From positions 930,001 through 994,000 of the forward strand of contig JBEUKZ010000054.1 in assembly GCA_048128005.1 (NCBI GenBank): 64,000 nucleotides of DNA, given 5' to 3'. The position numbers were made by a program, and so were the translations under genes. The stretch comes from Veleropilina oligotropha. Its lineage: Eukaryota. How positions within the stretch are numbered: position 1 is the stretch's first letter; each line of letters starts with the position of its first letter. The notes under the pieces are model-generated. The model had not been told where the DNA came from. It ran no database searches and worked only from the letters and a program-made list of their open reading frames with translations. Positions 60,003 to 64,000 of the stretch are shown one piece after another.

Positions 60003-61308
60003 CCCACTGTCTAGCGGCAATAAGAAGCAAGCCCCCAACTGATATGACCAGTGCCCATAGGTTTTCAGCGAGCCACGATGCTGTCTTGCCAATCAGGTTG
60101 ATTAGCCAGGAGACCAGGCTTCCAAGTATTCCTGGGAGCACGGCTGCGGCCTTCCCTGCTAGCTTGCCCAGAATCCGACCCAGGGTCTTCAGCTGCTTTT
60201 TTACCCACTCCTTGACCCCGCCCTGACCACTGGGAGGTGGTGGTGGCGTTGGCGGGCTTGTTGCTCCACCTGTCAGGGCTAGTACCAAAGTCGAGATGGC
60301 GAGCCCGATAGCGGTGAGTATTGTTGCGATCGTAACCCCTTGCTCGCGGAACAGGGTCCGGATACGCTCGGCCAGCGTTGTGTCGGTGTTCAGGATCCGA
60401 CTTATCATCTCTCGGATCCGGCTGATTTGAGAGCGAAGGGCCTCCCGGCTTGATGATGCTGCCTCTAGGCGAGCTGCTCTTTCATCATTCAGGTCGCGCA
60501 GACGTTCCGCGATCCGTCGACGGATGAACTCATCCACACCGCCCTCTTCATCTGCCTGATCGAGCTTCATCTTCTCCAGCTCTATGTGTTCATCCAGCGC
60601 CGTTAGCTTGGCTAAGTTGTTCGTGAGTTCGCCTCGGATGGTCTGCATCGCCTTGTCAAGTCCGCGAAGCTCGCGAAGATTTAATGGAGGGTCCCCCATT
60701 GTGCCTAAGATCTCTTCAACCTCGGTATCAGTGAATTTCGTCTCCATCGTGTGGATTGCTACCGAGGCATCAGTAGCAGTCTGCCCCAAGTCCCGCAGTT
60801 CTACGTTTTCGACATTAGCGGCCGCACCGCTCAACTCGTTGTCGGCTGTCTGAAGAGCTGCAACCGCTTTTGAGGACGGCTTTTGTCCCCCCCGCGTCCA
60901 GTGTACAAAACCCAACCCTTCACGGATTGCATCACCCCCACCAGGCCGGCCAGCTATTGTTGACAACGCCAAGGGGTTGCCGGTGCGAGAATTTATGAGA
61001 TTGATGTCGGGGTAGTCCGTCATCACCAATTTCCCCCCCCTCCCTAATTTTCCCCTCACATACTTGAATTTTGAATAATCTCGCCCCGTGGCTGGGGTCT
61101 GCCCCTCCTGTGCCAGGGCTTTGTAGTAGTCGTCAACCACGCCCTGAACGAGCTCTTGCTGAAGACTGCTGGTTCCTTCCTGTGGCCGTTCCGAAAGAAC
61201 AGGCATAAACCGGTCGGTGGATAGATCCACATCAGTATCGTCGATGATGGTATCATCGTTGTCAATGAGATCGTCCGGCTCGAATGCGGGGTTCTCGAAT
61301 TCCGCCAT
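59995..61308 (-). CDS. Coiled-coil membrane protein with amphipathic helix (437 aa), Polinton-like element
   Basis: acidic N-terminus, long coiled coil, TM segment, poly-Pro hinge, Lys-rich amphipathic helix, terminal TM. Confidence 0.78.
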   Translation of the reverse strand: MAEFENPAFEPDDLIDNDDTIIDDTDVDLSTDRFMPVLSERPQEGTSSLQQELVQGVVDDYYKALAQEGQTPATGRDYSKFKYVRGKLGRGGKLVMTDYPDINLINSRTGNPLALSTIAGRPGGGDAIREGLGFVHWTRGGQKPSSKAVAALQTADNELSGAAANVENVELRDLGQTATDASVAIHTMETKFTDTEVEEILGTMGDPPLNLRELRGLDKAMQTIRGELTNNLAKLTALDEHIELEKMKLDQADEEGGVDEFIRRRIAERLRDLNDERAARLEAASSSREALRSQISRIREMISRILNTDTTLAERIRTLFREQGVTIATILTAIGLAISTLVLALTGGATSPPTPPPPPSGQGGVKEWVKKQLKTLGRILGKLAGKAAAVLPGILGSLVSWLINLIGKTASWLAENLWALVISVGGLLLIAARQWVT

Positions 61309-61344
61309 TTGAATACATCAGTGGGATACGCATCTAATTCAGCC

Positions 61345-62646
61345 ATGACTAGCGTATACGGACGCAAGCTTAATCCATACCGCAGGCTGCGTGAGCCCCT
61401 CGCAGTCAAGGGCATCCGCCAGTCGGTCACGATTACAAACAATCCATCAACGATTGCCCCGAACCAGCAGCTCCTGGTTCGGTTCCCTAATCTCGGGGCG
61501 AATGACGTGATCGTTCCAGGTACTGCCCACCTCGCATTTACCATCTCACTGACCTCGGTAAATGCGAATAGGACTGTAGTGCAAAATATCGGCCGTGCCG
61601 TGATCAGAAAGACCACGATAAAGATAAGTGGAAACGAGATCATGTCGATTGACGACTCCGACGTGTACCACTGCTACCGCGATCTCTGGAAGACCACCGG
61701 GGAGCGCAAGAACGCCCAGTACCAGGGGATTGATACCAGCGATGGACACAACACTACGAAGCATCGTGTTGGCGCGGCAGACGCCTTTAGACTGTCTGAG
61801 GATGTCGCGGTCGCGGCCGCGTACGGTAACCGATTCCGCATCCCGCTGGATTTCGAGCTGTTGGAAAGTCACATGCCATTCTATCAAAGCGCCCTTGGAG
61901 ACCGTCTCGAGTATGAGCTAACGTTCAACGACTACTCCCGGACTATCCGGGAGACGGACGACTCCGGTTCCAGCTATTCCATCGACAATATATCCCTCGA
62001 ATATGACATGGTAACCCAATCCGAGCTTGCCAGACGGATTCGAAATCAATACCAGGGTCAACTCGTAATCCTGTACGACCGTGTTCTCCGGCATCGGAAG
62101 CTCACCCTAGACAAGAGCGACTCGTTGTGGAATATGAATGTGAACGTACCGGCGAGGTCGATGAAAGGAATACTACTGTTGTTCGAGGACCCTGCGAGAG
62201 ACGCCGCGCCATTCTCTCGCGATACTGAGGCCTTCTATAATCCGAAGATCACAAAGGTCGAGGTCACAATCGAGGGTGTCCCGAATCAAATCTACAGCCA
62301 GGGCATGCGAACATACCAGATCTGGGAAGAAGCCAAGAAAATGTTCGCCTCCGGCTGCAGCAAGCGGCATCCTGAGGTCGCGATGGTCGCAAAGGACTTG
62401 GAGATGGCAGACGTCACCCTGGGCGAATTTCTGACTAAGAAATTTGCGCTCTGGATCGATATGCGGGTAACTGACGACGATCAGTTGCACGGGTCAGGCC
62501 GGAGGGTCGAGAACGCCAGCGAAGGCATTACTATTCAGATCACTAAAACAGCCGAAGCGGCCGGTCCACTGAACGTCTACGAGTTCGTGATCATGGACGC
62601 ACAGCTGAATATCGAGAATGGCCGATTCGTCGAAGCACTGTACTAA
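61345..62646 (+). CDS. Probable major capsid protein (double jelly roll)
   Basis: 433 aa from GCCATG at 61345; beta-strand-rich pattern; capsid-like size; overlaps the packaging ATPase start; fold inferred, not searched. Confidence 0.72.
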   Translation: MTSVYGRKLNPYRRLREPLAVKGIRQSVTITNNPSTIAPNQQLLVRFPNLGANDVIVPGTAHLAFTISLTSVNANRTVVQNIGRAVIRKTTIKISGNEIMSIDDSDVYHCYRDLWKTTGERKNAQYQGIDTSDGHNTTKHRVGAADAFRLSEDVAVAAAYGNRFRIPLDFELLESHMPFYQSALGDRLEYELTFNDYSRTIRETDDSGSSYSIDNISLEYDMVTQSELARRIRNQYQGQLVILYDRVLRHRKLTLDKSDSLWNMNVNVPARSMKGILLLFEDPARDAAPFSRDTEAFYNPKITKVEVTIEGVPNQIYSQGMRTYQIWEEAKKMFASGCSKRHPEVAMVAKDLEMADVTLGEFLTKKFALWIDMRVTDDDQLHGSGRRVENASEGITIQITKTAEAAGPLNVYEFVIMDAQLNIENGRFVEALY

Positions 62647-63250
62647 ACGATTTCCGCACACCAAGGACCCCCACTCCGCAATCATCTGCGGCCAGACGGG
62701 CTGTGGGAAGACGGTTTTCATGCTTGAACTGCTGGAAGGGGAGTATCGAGGCGTCTTCCGGCATATCGTGATCCTCTGCCCCACGATCAAGTACAACAAA
62801 GCATACCAGTCTTGTCCGTGGATCTGGACCGACCCTGAGGTGTATTTAGTCCCCCCGGGTGAGCGACTCCATGACTGGCTGCGGGGGTTCTACCGGCTGT
62901 TTCAGGGGGAGTCGACTCTGTACATAATCGACGACTGCGCCGCCAGCAAGGCTATGGCAAAGAAACGGGACATGCTGACTTTGTTGGCCTTCAGCGGCAG
63001 GCATGCTTCCCAGAGCGTATGGGTAGTGACGCAAAAGTACAACTCGGTCTTGAAGGAGCTCAGAGAGCAGACCCGCTGGGTCGCGCTGTTCCATTGCAAG
63101 GACCGCGACAGTTTCGAGGACTGTCTGCGCGAGAACGATGTAATCCCGTCGCAGGATGAACGGACCGCGGTTCGCAGGCTGTTGACCGAGACACGACACG
63201 CTAAGCTTCTGTTGAAAACTGATCAGCCCGTTGCTTATAGTGTGCTGTAG
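62618..63250 (+). CDS. A32/FtsK-HerA family DNA packaging ATPase
   Basis: Walker A GQTGCGKT, Walker B YIIDDC, SGRH arginine finger, VVTQ motif; 210 aa. Confidence 0.92.
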   Translation: MADSSKHCTKRFPHTKDPHSAIICGQTGCGKTVFMLELLEGEYRGVFRHIVILCPTIKYNKAYQSCPWIWTDPEVYLVPPGERLHDWLRGFYRLFQGESTLYIIDDCAASKAMAKKRDMLTLLAFSGRHASQSVWVVTQKYNSVLKELREQTRWVALFHCKDRDSFEDCLRENDVIPSQDERTAVRRLLTETRHAKLLLKTDQPVAYSVL

Positions 63251-63303
63251 CAGCTACTTGGCTAGCCCTAACATCTACTTAGCAGCTACTTAGCTAGCTA
63301 GGC

Positions 63304-64000
63304 ATGTCGGACGCGGTATACATAGCTTTTGCTTTCAGCCAGGGCCTGATCTTGTTGCTACTCGTAACGTTGTGGTATTGGCATTATCGCTATATTAGAC
63401 TGGCGAGGAGATGTTGGAAACGCTTAAGGATGGACAGCCTCATCGATCAACTCATGGATGACGAGGAAGAAATGACCGTGAGCAGCAGCTCACCCCGCTC
63501 GACGACCAAACGCTGCTCGCAGCACGAGGAACCTGAAACTGGCTCCATAGGGATGGCAAAGAAACGGGAGAGGCTTGCAGCATTAGCCGTTGGAGGACAG
63601 GCCCACCGATACATGGGGCGTAACCTCACAGTGGACCGGATAGACGACATGACTGACGACGAGGTTGAGAAACACCACGCACGGTATGAAGCGAAGCTAG
63701 GTGCTGACATGACGAAGACCCTCGGGGCCGCTGCTATACAGCTGTATGCGGGTGCAGCTGGGATGTTCCTGCCCATTCCACCAGCAAACCAGCTACGACT
63801 GATCGCCGACCTGGAGGCCGACCCGTTCATCTCACATGCCCTGACCACTGCAAGCTGTGAGCTGTATTATAAATATGGCATGTACCTCGCACCGCTGACC
63901 GCAGCGTTGACCACGGCTAAGCACTGCCAATTTGGACATGTTTGCCCGCCTAAGATACCAGATCAAGATGACAACGCCGGAAGTGGACCAAGTGATCGAG
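63304..64000 (+). CDS. Hypothetical protein with N-terminal TM helix, Polinton-like element (incomplete)
   Basis: open from ATG 63304 to window end (MSDAVYIAFAFSQGLILLLLVTLWYW...KKRERLAALAVGG...); absent from ORF track because no stop is reached. Confidence 0.72.
   Translation, partial: MSDAVYIAFAFSQGLILLLLVTLWYWHYRYIRLARRCWKRLRMDSLIDQLMDDEEEMTVSSSSPRSTTKRCSQHEEPETGSIGMAKKRERLAALAVGGQAHRYMGRNLTVDRIDDMTDDEVEKHHARYEAKLGADMTKTLGAAAIQLYAGAAGMFLPIPPANQLRLIADLEADPFISHALTTASCELYYKYGMYLAPLTAALTTAKHCQFGHVCPPKIPDQDDNAGSGPSDR

Larger units (their letters stand above)
47701..64000. mobile_element. Endogenous Polinton/Maverick-like virus (adintovirus/PLV type), left part
   Basis: abrupt junction with AGCAGCAG terminus and repeat-rich terminal region; compact, intronless, GC-richer gene block with penton, capsid-sized gene and A32/FtsK ATPase; continues beyond window. 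Confidence 0.82.

Noticed and set aside
56900..64000. Prophage or bacterial contamination
   Set aside because: ATPase and penton are of eukaryotic Polinton type, no operon-like or phage hallmark genes are evident, and the block is joined to eukaryotic TEs by interpretable junctions

Overview
Eukaryotic, intron-rich genomic DNA from an invertebrate animal (lophotrochozoan-like; inferred from repeat content only). Bases 1-39.2 kb hold 21 phase-consistent internal exons (8,280 nt, 2,760 codons, neither start nor stop confirmed) of a giant cysteine-rich protein built from CPxGxYC (Ephrin_rec_like/GCC2_GCC3-type) repeats. Its introns carry minisatellites, Helentron/HINE-like elements, TA-flanked MITEs, two SINE copies, a young non-coding LTR element and a dead L2-type LINE. 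Six of its splice sites are themselves tandemly amplified. From about 39.5 kb the window is a nested stack of mobile DNA. A decayed DIRS1-type tyrosine-recombinase (YR) retrotransposon has a CACTA element in its leader and is cut at 47,700, just before the YR catalytic Tyr, by a Polinton/Maverick-like endogenous virus. That virus has an AGCAGC terminus, penton, major capsid, A32/FtsK packaging ATPase, membrane-protein genes and a secreted Cys-rich cargo gene, and runs off the right edge. It carries an intact Ngaro-type YR retrotransposon whose gag and pol are in frame and separated by a single TGA. No pPolB, integrase or protease of the virus lies inside the window. All calls come from reading the sequence by eye; no searches were run.
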